Below, piece after piece: positions 37,536-49,600 of a stretch of DNA of 64,000 nt. Position 1 is the stretch's first letter. Each line of letters starts with the position of its first letter. The notes under the pieces were generated by a model. That model was not told the origin of the DNA. It worked only from the letters and a program-made list of their open reading frames with translations, and made no database searches. The stretch is from positions 10,540,001-10,604,000 of the forward strand of contig OZ365118.1 in NCBI GenBank assembly GCA_977030845.1, given 5' to 3'. The translations under genes were made by a program, and so were the position numbers. Source of the stretch: Fimbriosthenelais zetlandica. Its lineage: Eukaryota.

Positions 37536-39586
37536 CTGCCAGAGAAAGGAGCAGAGAGTGGGAGGAGCAGAGTTAGGGCAGCGCCGCCAGTACTCGGCAG
37601 CTGCAGCGTGGATCGAGAAGATCCGAAGAAAAGATCCACGTGAATGGATCATAGCTGTAGTCTGTGGCTGTAGTCTGGGGTGATACCCAGGGTAATCTAA
37701 ATGAAATCCGGTGCCAATCAGAACTGACGGAGCACTGATATATACCTGATCTTGCCCCAGGCTGGACCAGATTTGGAGTGGTATCTTGAGAGCTTTGTTT
37801 TTTGGGTGGTAGAGAGACATCATCTCAGTTCATCTTGGTGCTTCAGATCTCAAAATACCAGCCCAATGAAAAGCAAAATACTGGTCCAAAGCAGGGGAAG
37901 ATACTTCAGTTCTGGTACCTACTGGTTGACCTATGAATATCTCAACCAATACAACAAAATCCAGAGCACAGATTTCTTTTGGAGTTACTTCGTCAAAACT
38001 GTAACACAAGGCACTGATGACCTTTCAGACTTTCAGCGCAAGTACCCACTGCATTTGAGGAAGTCCACCAAATTACTATACGTGGGCACTTGCATATTTT
38101 GTTCTGCTGAAGGAACAGCATCTTGATTCGTAGAGGGCAGGTGATGCAGCCTATCTACCAGTCAGTGGTCCCTCTCTAATTGCTGGCTGCCTGGTTTTTG
38201 ATGCAAACTGCGATTGGTTATCACACCTGATCGACTGGTCTGGGCAAGGCGACTGATGGGCAGTCTGATATGGCAACATAGGTGCAAGTGACCCCTTCCC
38301 TTATAATGAAATTCTAGCACGGTTTTGACATTTGATATTGGGCATATGCTAACTCAATTAAAATCCCCGTTTTAGATGATATCTGTCTATGAAGTTCAAC
38401 GTTTAATTGGCAAGAAAATGAGTATTTTCATTCCACAGTGAACTGCTACAAGTTTTTTACTTTTCGATTTATTTTTTCATACACAATTTATCTTCATTTT
38501 CCTTTGCCTTTTGACAGTTTTTTAGATCACTCCAATCAATTCCCTGACAGAATCTCACATCAAAAATCGGTCACCCCTTCTGAATGGGTTGCCTTTAATT
38601 GAATTGCTCAGTTTTCTTGTTTTTTGAGGTCGGTACCCTTGTCTAATCTTGCTCTCAGCCTTTCTTCTCTAGTTCTCTAGTCTACCCAATACCTCCCCTC
38701 ACCCCACCATCACTTCCTGCATTCACACCCATTCCTCACTCCCATCTTCACACCTCTCAGCACAGACTGGCGATATGGTCATGGACATGTTCTACTATGT
38801 CTTAACCATAAAAGGCCAACATGTCCATGGGCCCCATTCAACCTCCATCCACTTGACAATCCATTTGGGTTCAGGTGGTGAAAAAACAAATGAGGTGGGA
38901 AATCCATCTTTGGAACGGGGAGAGGGGCGGATGGGCAGAGCCAGCTGTCAACAATGGAAGAGCATCTCCTCCAGTAGGTTTGTGGAGGACACTGGAGGGT
39001 CATCCGTCACGGGTCTGACAGGCTGGATCATGTCTGGGAGGCTTACTGGAGGGGTAGAATGATCCACAGGTCTCCTGCTTACACCTAGAGCCTGTCAGAA
39101 GCTTAACAACTCCACCCTCCAAATATCTCAACATTGGTCCTTAAAATGTACGAATCTCGACTGAGTTGATATTCGAAGGGGAAATGTGCACTTATAGGTT
39201 ACTTCGTAATCAGGTTGTTATCACTTAAAGTTTGCCTGATCACTTCTAGAACTCTGTAGGTGGCATTTTAATAGTATCTATTCTGTCTCAAGAGATATGT
39301 TAGTATGTCAATGGATCAGTACGTTAGCTTGGTGGAACCCTGACCACTGAACTGTAAGAAAACACAACAGTTCACCCAGTCTCCTAAAATAGACTTCACG
39401 AGGTGGTAGTGACAGACTAAATGTTGTCATTTGACGGTGAAGATGTGCTGTTGGTCACTCTTCCAACTGGAAACTGTTTGGGATGAATCTTATTATTAGG
39501 AGCACCGCAAAGACTGCAATCATACAACAGATCAAATAAAACAGAAGACAGAAGAATCTTCTTTTCTCGGACCGCAGCAATGGTAA

Positions 39587-39640
39587 TTTTACATGCCTGA
39601 CATAGTGACATGGCTGACCTTTGATATCCCAGTTATCAGC
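39587..39640 (+). repeat. Family D copy (internally deleted)
   Basis: TTTTACATGCCTGACATAGTGACATGGCTGACCTTTGATATCCCAGTTATCAGC; a minus-strand partial copy lies at about 30752-30785. Confidence 0.7.
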
Positions 39641-40379
39641 AAATTTGGAGAGTGCTTGGGGGATTGAACTGGGGTTATATGGTTGTGGTAGTTCATGTTA
39701 TGGAAATGTTCTGGCTTGAGGAGGGGGGAGGGCAGGAGGAGGGCAGGAGGAGGTTGAGATGGGAGCAGTAGTGAGCAGGTTAGCTTGAGAAGCTCATTAT
39801 CGGGTCATGTCTGTACTGACAATGTTCTGCTTCATCAACCAGACCTCCTTCTTCCAATCACTCTCGCCCTCTGCACCCTGCCACTCACAACCTACTAGAT
39901 GCAATAGGTTTATAGATGGCAACTGTAAAACTGGGGGAGGCTATTTGGAAGTTGCATCTTCGACATATCAATATTTTGAATTCTTTCCGAGTCGAAAGGT
40001 ATTGCAATTGTTTTGGCCATGTATTATCAATATTCAAATGTATAATGTAAATGATAAATCGGAGTGAAATATTATCCCTTCTCAGCATTGGTATTTTCAA
40101 ATAAATTCAAACGTTATTATCAATATTTCAAAGTTGAAAGTTGTTAAACCTATCATCTTTCATAATCAATAACATTTCTACTCTCCTCAATTTCTTTTGC
40201 ACATTACTGCTTCCCATACAAAGGCGTTTCCACTTTCAACAATCATAATTATTCAAACTTGATAAGGAAGCAACACCTTCACAACAATACATTCGATTAT
40301 GTTACAGCTCTCAGCTTTGTATAGACACGTATTAGGTGTGAAAGTAACAACGGTAGCAAGGGAATTATGAATGCACTTA

Positions 40380-40597
40380 CAATACGACCGAAAACTATTT
40401 CAACCCTTTGGAAAACAACATTTTTGAGCAGTGATGTTTACATTAATTTGTAACAAACTGGTCAAAACTCTCCATTTATAAACAGATCTGGGTGTGTAGT
40501 ATATGTTCCTAGTAGGATCTAGCAACCGTTGAGCTTGTTATTTGGTTCTGGCATAGATAATTAAAATGCAAGTGCTGAAAAACTTTTGGTGAAAGTG
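40380..40597. mobile_element. MITE family A copy
   Basis: TA|CAATACGACCGAAAACTATTTC...AAAAACTTTTGGTGAAAGTG; internal ATAAACAGATCTGG motif. Confidence 0.6.
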
Positions 40598-40766
40598 CTA
40601 TATGTACTGATTGAATTAACACATCCTTTGATGCTGCACCAGAGTGAGATCGTCTGTGAGCAACTCCATTAATATGAACACACATCGTGAGGAATGTGAT
40701 TAGGACGAGGAGGAAGATGCGGACACTGAATTATTACAGTCATTCAATCACATACCTACACTCTAA

Positions 40767-40924
40767 AGTCTCATGTCCACCCACATGTTTTCTTGACGTC
40801 GGTCAGTCGTTGTCTCCTGGGTCGACTGGCTATTTTCAAACGACTATTTAGCCATAGACTTTCCATTGCTAATGTTCCTTTTGAAAAGGCCCCAAATGTA
40901 CGTGAAGAAAAATGGCATTGGGCT
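40767..40924. mobile_element. MITE family C copy (158 bp)
   Basis: CTAA|AGTCTCATGTCCAC...TTTTCTTGACGT...GTACGTGAAGAAAAATGGCATTGGGCT|TTAA. Confidence 0.6.
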
Positions 40925-41539
40925 TTAACCATGATCATTAAATTTATATTTCTAAATGTGTTCACTGATGCTTTTCTTGATGTATCAAAATTAATGTACA
41001 TCAGTTGAGCCATCAATTGTTTCTAGGCAATAAGAGATCGGGGCAACCTGCATGTAAGCCAAGAAAATAGCATAGAAGGTGTAGCTATTATAGACCTACA
41101 TATGGCTTCAAATGACCATCAGACCAGGAATTAATGTTGTTGCGTATGCACTTGATGTCCCACAGATACCCAAACAACCAGACCTGTTTATAACTTGGTA
41201 ATCTTTTATCACCATAATCTATTAATGCAAACAATTATCATGTTTTCAAATATATTGTTTATGATACTGTAATTATATAAAATACTGTAGCAATCTGGCA
41301 ACAATTATAACTACGGCATCAAAAACTACGGCCCCAATAATACAACAATAAGTTTAGAGTGTAGGCACTACGTCATGCAGGAGGCGAGAGAATTAATCGT
41401 GATACGATCAAGAGAGAAGGATCTGAAGATGGCTGAGGCTGGGGGAAGAGATAAGACAACATTATCAACTCTCTCCTTAATTAATTATCAATGTCACTGA
41501 TATTGTTCCTCAGGGTAGCTTAGGGGAGGGTGGTAGCTA

Positions 41540-41747
41540 CCGTATCACCAAAAATATTCGCACTTTTTGGGCACCAACTTTAAAATAAATAATGTTGAAA
41601 AAAGGGGGCCAAAAGAAAACAGATCGACCTCGATGTGTTTGAAACGGTTTTACTCGGATGTTGTAACAGTGGGAATTATTACTTTGTTAAGACTTGATGG
41701 GAAAAAATGGATGTTTGAAAGTGAAAAAAAACTTTTGGTGATAGTAT
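41540..41747. mobile_element. MITE family A copy
   Basis: TA|CCGTATCACCAAAAATATTCGCAC...AAAAAACTTTTGGTGATAGTA; internal GTTGTAACAGTG. Confidence 0.7.
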
Positions 41748-42027
41748 TATATAAAGATTGAGAATGAGAGAACGTGGGAAGTATTGATTGAGAGACAGTC
41801 TGCTGACTGCCGCCATCAATTATCATTCGCCTCTACGTAGCAACTGGTAGACAGTTGATTATTTTTTCTCTTTTTCATACAGGCTTATTTTTCCCCTTTC
41901 TCGACTTCTCTCAACTATATTTTTCTTTCTCGGGAGTAATGGAAATGCTTTGAACGTTATAATGAAGACATATCGCTGCATATGTATCAACATATCAACA
42001 GGAACCCATTTCAGAACAATTCATTAT

Positions 42028-42130
42028 GGACCAATGTCCACTGAGCCATTTTCCTCATGTATGCTCATCAATGGTATAATTATGGACAATTGTGGGGCCA
42101 AGTTGAAAATGGCTCAGTAGAATTTAGGCT
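42028..42130. mobile_element. MITE family C copy
   Basis: ATGTCCACTGAGCCATTTTC...GAAAATGGCTCAGTAGA inverted pair. Confidence 0.65.
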
Positions 42131-43799
42131 TGAACAACTTCACACACTATATGTACGACAGTTTTAAATCTATTTTCAGGTAGAAATGTATGCAGTATGC
42201 TAGATGTGATAATATATTCGTCTCTTAAACTTTTAACTAGTAGGCTGTAGTATTAGTTACTAATGGTCAAAAGGCTAAGTTCGTACAATATTATATGGGT
42301 AGCCTACTGTAGTAGAGTAGTCAAATTTTGACTGGTCAGTATTGTCAATCTATTCAAAACATTCGTTGATGCAACAGTTGTCAAAAAACTAGTGTTTTAA
42401 CAGAACATACTGAAGTCGCTCAACAACTTTCTAATTTAGTCTTTCGAACCTATTCCACGTGAATAGAGATCTAGGGTAAAGACCTGGCGACTAATGCACG
42501 GCGGCTACCGTCCGCCATCGATTGTGTGTTCACAGTGATTTATCTGCTTGTCAGTTTTATCAGATTGTGATCAGCGCACCCTCGATGGGTGAACAATAAA
42601 ACAAAGATGGAGATTTCATCAGCAGATAGCATGAAGTGATATGAGAGAGGGGTGGAGAGACTCAGGAAGTCTTCCTCAAGCTGTGAAAGCTATTGATTTT
42701 ATGCATAAGAAATGTGGAAACCTGATAAAGATGCAAATACATTGGGCACCCCCTGCTAGGGAGGCGGGCTAAGAGGGTTTGTTTATTTATGGTCAATTCT
42801 CAAGAGGAATGAAGTATGCGCTATCTACAGAAAACCTCTTTTCTTGATTAACTCATAAATTTGAAACGAGACCCCCCAGTGGATAGTAAAAACAAAAAGG
42901 TGAGAAAAGCTAGCAAAGCATTAAAATCTACTGACATTAATTAGCTAATTGATGGCGAATCCAGTGAAATCCATCGAAAAATCTTGCTCATTGCAAGCGA
43001 TTTTAATTCGTGAACGAGTCGCTAATTGGAGCAAGAGAGGTTGCAAAAAGTAGTGCCGTTGGAGAAAGAAAATAGTGCGATTGGATTACTTCCCCAGTGG
43101 TGTTTAAGAAATCAAATGATCAGCTCATGATTGGAGTTTTTTTCGGTTCTCTATTTGTTTTGACTGAGTTCAGTGTCCGTTAGTGACTTTAGCAAATAGG
43201 GATCTCTCACCCCATGGACGATTTTTGCTTCTCGTCTTGCGCTATTTTTTTCAACCAGCAAAATCGCTGACAGGTCTCTGGACTGGAAAATGGTGTCAGA
43301 TCTAAGCAAAACGAATTGTCAAACTTCACTTAGATAAGAACATTCTCACAAAGTTATCTGTAGCATCTGAGATGCAAAGATGCGAACTGTTTCTGTTCTC
43401 AATGGAGCAGAATAAAAGATGTCACTTCACTTAGCAGAGGGTTAGAAAATAGAAGTGAGCCACACCCAAGAAATCTAGGGAGAGTCACCAGGGACACATA
43501 CTAAAGCCACATATCCACTACACCATATTCTTGGCGTAAGTCCGATCCGTCTGTCAATTGTCCTTGATTTGCGAGTTTGCATCAGAGATACATGCATGGA
43601 TCAGATGCGATGTAGTTGCAACTTAAAGCATTGCCCTACCATGAGAAACTTATGTACGCCGCTTGGCTATACTGCAAGAAAACAGCTTGGCTCATATGAG
43701 ACCTTGGAGGCAACCAAGCCACCCAGTATAAGAATCACCAAAGTTACCAGAAAACAAAAAAGAAAACAACCTCAGCCCGTCTTACATAAATGAATATTA

Positions 43800-44110
43800 A
43801 GTCATTAGCGCGTGTGACACCACTTGAATCACATAGAACCTGTCGCCAAGTCGTCGCCTATACACGACACGACGACACCTCCACGAGGGCGGAAGCCAGG
43901 TCAGGCACGTGACCAAAACATTAAGTTGAACGTGGAGAAGAGACGTGATAAAAGTGGCCGAATGATAGAGGATAAGGAAAGGCAATATAAAGTGGTGAAT
44001 CTCTAGCCATGCTAGTAAATTTATCACGCGATAAAAGCAAGCTTGTGTCGGGAAGATCCCGGAAGAGCCTGCGAAGCACCACCATGGTCATTACCACTTA
44101 TCACAGTGGG
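43800..44110. promoter_or_regulatory. CpG-rich promoter/enhancer-like island
   Basis: Many CpGs; GGGCGGAAG 43887-43895, CACGTGAC 43906-43913, four WGATAR sites (43946, 43963, 44021, 44098). Confidence 0.4.
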
Positions 44111-46139
44111 GCTGTCCAGTTGGATTTAGAGGGCCAGGTAAAAGGCGAAATAGCCATTGGTCAGTAGAGGGTATTGTTCCGGTCTTATACCGGTCAATAT
44201 GGTTTATCATATGGGGACAGAGTGGGTTGACTTGGGGCCATTTTCTTATTGGTCCCCGGTTTTAGGGGGGCGATGGATGTCTTATGCCATCAGTGAAAAT
44301 GGTCTTGTCCGCTACTTTATATTGGGGGAGAGTAGAGTGCTGAAGTGTTAAATGCTTGAAAGGGGAGACTTATTCTAATGCACCTGCACACAATTCTGTT
44401 CTATTTTGTAAACATTATTATCAAAAGGTTCATTTTCCACCTCCATGCGAATGTCAATTCACTGAAACGACATTTGAATCAGAAAAATAAATAATAGAAA
44501 TCTTCAACAAAAAGTGTCAGACCTAACATAGTCAGGCAAGAAACTTCATGAAAGATCATGACAAAAATAAAGATCATGAACAAGTACAAATCCCGTTAAT
44601 TGGCATGCTTAACGTTGTACCCTGACATTTTTTTTTTAAAAAAGGCCCAGAATCGGATATCAAATCAAAGCCACATTCTGGGCTCCCAAAAGGCAGTCAA
44701 AGGCACTGCTTCATCTGGCTGGTTTCATCCCAGCATCAGAGTGCCACGCTCGCCCACCTAATGCTGCTTACATCAAAGGCGTCCGACAAATCCTACTGGT
44801 CTCTTTTTCTCTCTCGGACTTGCAGTCGAAGTTTGAGTTGGAGCCAAGAGGTCTCACGGGTCAATACACTGGGGAGTTCTCCATTTTCACTCTCTAATTC
44901 TGCCAGGCGAGCCCCTGGACAGACTGACAAGGGGTCAGCAGGCAACAAAAAGAAAAACACTCGATCTGATTCCTGCCCTTCTCTTGGGTACAAATTAGGT
45001 TTAATGCCCTTTTTACCATTTGGAACATTCCAAAAGAGATCTGAAAAAGGTCCATTATAAAAAAACGTGGCTCATGGCAGTTGAATATTTAAAATGGTGA
45101 ACCAGACACGCAAATTGCGGTTACAACAGATCTCTGACTTGTTGAATTTATTTCACTGCTTGAGATTTGCAAATTTTCGAACTATTCTCAACAATCGCAA
45201 AAGTTTAATACTGTAACTCCACTATAACAAGGGCTTGCTGCGTTACTGGGCATTTCTCCAAGAAGGTTAGTACCTCTTATCTCTTATCTCACAAACTTGT
45301 AGAAAATCGCAAGAATCGCAAGTCAAAAATCCCCAGTGGAGTTTCACCTTGAGACAATGCTGAATTATCTTCAGACCTAACTTACTCTGGCAGGTAGTAG
45401 CTGATTACAAAGGAAAAGAAAGTGAAGCCAGCGTCTGGTGAGCACTGATTTGCTGCAGGGAAGTGACAGATGCGGCAGACAGCTTATTTGTAGTCAGTGC
45501 GCCTTGACTGAGATGGGGTGAAGATAATTGCTGTCGGTTAATTGTCTCACTATCTTTGTCACCCAAACCAAGACCAAGTCAGGAATGTATTGTTAAAGTG
45601 TCAGTACCCATTGAGAACGGACCGGGAAGAAGGGATACAGGATAGATTATAATTTCATCGAACTGAATTTGTTTGTCTCTTTCATGTTCATAACCCAAGA
45701 ACTATACTATTATCTGGCGGCGTTCAGTTCAATAATAGCGTGCAAGAAGGCATCATAAGTGAGGAATTAGAAGCACTAACTCAGTTTTCTGTCTAGAAAC
45801 AGAATACATTTGTTTCTTTTACGCATATTAGAACAGCACTCATATTGGCTTTGTGCTGTCACCTGACGATTTAAATCCAAACCAACAATTTATTTGCTTT
45901 GGGATGCCTTGATCTGGTATTTCCCAACTGTCTAATGTCTGACCAATTTCGTTGGGAAACGGCTGACTTGTTCTACTGATATGTATCTTACATTGATCTC
46001 GAACCACTATTCCGGGTCTCGCCTGGTGAGCAGTGAGTGAACTACTGGGCTAGTTTAGCTCAGACGTCAGGTTACTTCAGGTGAAAAACACCAGATGGCT
46101 GCACTGGTTCTTGGAAACCATCAGCCAGCTCCACAAAAA

Positions 46140-46650
46140 CAGGCGGCCGGGAAGTGAACTAAGATCGAGAATAAAATAATACGGTGGCTCTCACATTCCC
46201 GCCATTGTATAACAATAATTTAGTCTATGGTTAGACAAGGGGATTGTCAGTCTAGAGTAAACAGGCAGAGGAAAGGATTCTTTATTACCTTTAATTCATC
46301 TTTTAATGGGTAAATATTATTGAGTTTGGGTTATTGCTTATAATATGAAAGTTCTACCCGAACTGTTTGTTAATAAAGAAAAAAAAATTAAAAAGGATCC
46401 CATGGCAAGCCTACCGATTAGCCAAAGGGATTAAAGTTATTCCCTGACGAAAACAAGTAAGCCAAAGCAGGAAGCGTGTTGCAGTTTTACTTGGTTTAAA
46501 AAGCCAGATCATAATCCCAGCCAATGGCATTTTGGGTAACAACCCAAGTTCTCCATGACTCCAGCAGGAAACTGATACTACCATTGCAAAACACCATGGC
46601 AACCAAGTTTAAATGTAACATGATTCCAGTTCGATCCACCAGCTGGCGTG
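46140..46650. promoter_or_regulatory. Promoter-like motif cluster (ETS-like, E2F, RFX half-site, CTCF-like)
   Basis: GGAAGTG 46150-46156, TTCCCGCC 46196-46203, CCATGGCAAC 46594-46603, CCACCAGCTGGCG 46636-46648. Confidence 0.3.
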
Positions 46651-49600
46651 TCGAGCAGGAACTCAACACCTCTGCCTCACCTGACTCTGTCTGTCATTCT
46701 TACAATGTATTTAGTAATCCCCTTTCCCATTTATCTTGGCCTTAAATTTAGCTTAAATAGATTTCTCTATAAAATTATGGTCTGGCAAGGATGTTATAGA
46801 TATTATGGAACAGATTGGCAACATCGGTCTCCAGAGACGAATGAAACCTCTCACGTTCCTGTTTTCAGGGACAACCATGGTTCGGAATATTCATGAAGAG
46901 ACGGATGAGCTATTTTTAATGAAGCGCTGGTTATGTTGAATAAAAATTTCACCTGCCTTCCTTGTCAATTATATCAGGTGCTAGTCTCTCTTGTCAGACA
47001 TAGAGTTTGTTTTAGTCATTCATTATCTTTTTGCACATCCACATTGCTGTCGAGTTGAAATTGTTCATTGTACAGTGTAATTGCATAATTTTAGCATTAA
47101 CAATTGCTATTCAGGTTTGAACTTTGCAATATCCTGAATATTGATTACTCCTGACAAGTTTCCCATGTTAAATACTTAGGCACTCACTTTTCTACTGGAG
47201 AAATATAGTAAAAAGTATACAACTTTGAAAACATGATATTTTATCGCAATAGCTTTGACATTAACACATACAAGATTATCATTATTTAAGCAGATACGGC
47301 GGTGTAGTCCTGAACATGGGAAATCATCGTAGCTTATTGTACCCGTGAAAATTAATCTCTGAATAATTCAGTAAATAAATATTTTGAAGCCTTACACTCG
47401 CCATTTTCCTGGGTGATACTGTATGCTAGTAGTGCATGGCAATGAGGGACAGATGCAGGTGACAAGCAAGTTCTGCAGGGACTCATAAACCATAGTCGAG
47501 TCACAACCCACATGTGGCAAGGCTAAGCTGTTAATAACCCCTGCTACACGAGCAAATAGATAGCCTGGGTCCACCCAGTCCATAGTGGCAGATAGGAGGA
47601 TGTGCCTGTATCAGCAAAAGCATCAATCTTTTAAATAATGCAATCCTTTAAGGGCCTTCTAACCGTTTAGCTTAAACCAAAGATGCCTTAATTTCTGGTC
47701 CAATTTGGCCTAACTGTCGATATATTTTGCACACTCGAATTGAATGAATATCAGCAACTAAATTAAGTTTAACTAAATCAGGACAAGCCCACAAATTGCA
47801 AACTGGATAATAAAAAGGTGGGAATTCAATGCACATGGGTCAACAGAAACTTCTGACAGCAACCATTTGAAAAGTACTTGAGAAAAAACTTGCCTTGCAA
47901 GCAGGCGCTTCATGAATCACTAAAGTTCTATTGAAAGCAGTTTCACTAAAGGTAGCTTTTGTCTCATGCATTTCCCAATGTCCAGTGCCCAATATATGAG
48001 GGCTTCTAAGTCAAGACAGTTCCCAGTCATTGGGCAGGACACATAACTCATGAGCAACATGGCCGCTGGTGGCAGGGGCACCATATTCCCAAAGCCGGAC
48101 AAGAAGCCATTGATACACTCTCAACACTCATTCTATCATTCTATATGGAAGGCAAGCTTTATAACCCCGCGCGTAAAAGGGCCATTTGCTTTATGGCCCC
48201 TGAGTAAAGAAGCCCTTGATAGGGCCGTTTTGTGTTGGGTCCAGGGCTATGCTTTATGCAGGGAAGCATGTATATTGAAGCAATAAGACAAGATCGTAAG
48301 CAAGCATGAGAGGATAAATCATTGGAATATATGTCTCCCAGAAGGATTGAGTCAGGGACACTAAAGTCTGTGACCCACGTACGGTGACCTCCTCTATGCT
48401 ACATGTTAAATAATGACCAATCGCCATACTCAATAACCAAGATTACGCTGGCAGTCTAAAATCTAATTTAAATGACCAATTTGAAAGGTGTTGATGGCTT
48501 CAAGTCCACCCTGAATGCTGCCAAAATTAAAACTTTGATGCACTTGGCCTTCAGCCATCGAGACATTTTTTAAAGAAAAATGTTGCAGTGATTTAGCAGA
48601 AATCACCTTTGCTGTTGCTGATGGCAAATTGCCATGGGAGGATCAAAGGCTTAAGCCACTCACAGTTGAATAACAATCTAAAGAGTCAACCAATGTGATT
48701 CAAAGCCAAAACCACTACTATCAGTAGCAGTTGTAGCCACTGGTAAGACCATGCATGAGCTCACTTATTTCATCAGTCCAAAATGGTGATATACAAAACA
48801 CAGTTCATTTTGCCCACTGAACTATCCCCCAACACTTTAATATACTTGGGTGGCCTCAGACGAGGCTACCACCAATCATCCATCCACCAGTGTTATCAAC
48901 CTATTTTTTATAGTCGGTAGTTTTGTTTTATGGGAGTCTGGGGCTGGCTAGGCTTGACCTCTTCAACATAGCCCACCTGGGTCCGGCCGCCATGTTGTTT
49001 TCATAAAGTGCAGACAGATAGGAGTTGTTGTTGCTGGTCCCTCTATTAAAGCTCGGGGCCTGGCCATTTTTTGATACTTTTTAAGGGCAGGGTTCAGATG
49101 TCGGATTTCTGACTTGACAAGAGAGATCGGGTTCAATCCTCCGACCGGAAAACGATTGCTATGGTTTGCCTCCTTTTTTGTTTTGGCCCTTCACAGAAGG
49201 GTGGTGTACATCCATGGGATAAAGCATTATAGTGCAAAGACCTGGTACTGAATATGATATATATCCCTCAGGGAATTAAATGGTTTTATAGCAGCAGAAT
49301 TTTGTTACTAACTGCCTACCATGGAAGTGTTTTTAAGCTTAAGGGCAGTTAAGCGAGAAGTATCTCCATGAATATGCACTGATGAGCATAATCTCTAACA
49401 TAATGTATACTCCACATCCTGACAAACTCTATCTTACAAATCTCTGTTGCGTAATTTTTTAGATCAGTAAAAAGAGCTGACAATACGAGGAAAGGACAAA
49501 CGGAAAGGAACCGGATTACTAGAAATAGCAGATAAAAGACTCCCTTACTGTGAACATGCCACTGCGATAATTGATATGTCATTAAGCCCCTCCCCTGTCT

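Noticed and set aside
49100-49150. GGTTCAATCC resembling a pol III B box; also A-box-like TAGCGTAGCTTGG at about 19397 and GGTTCGAGATC on minus at about 45995
   Set aside because: No cloverleaf, no correctly spaced A and B box pair; not a tRNA or clear SINE head.
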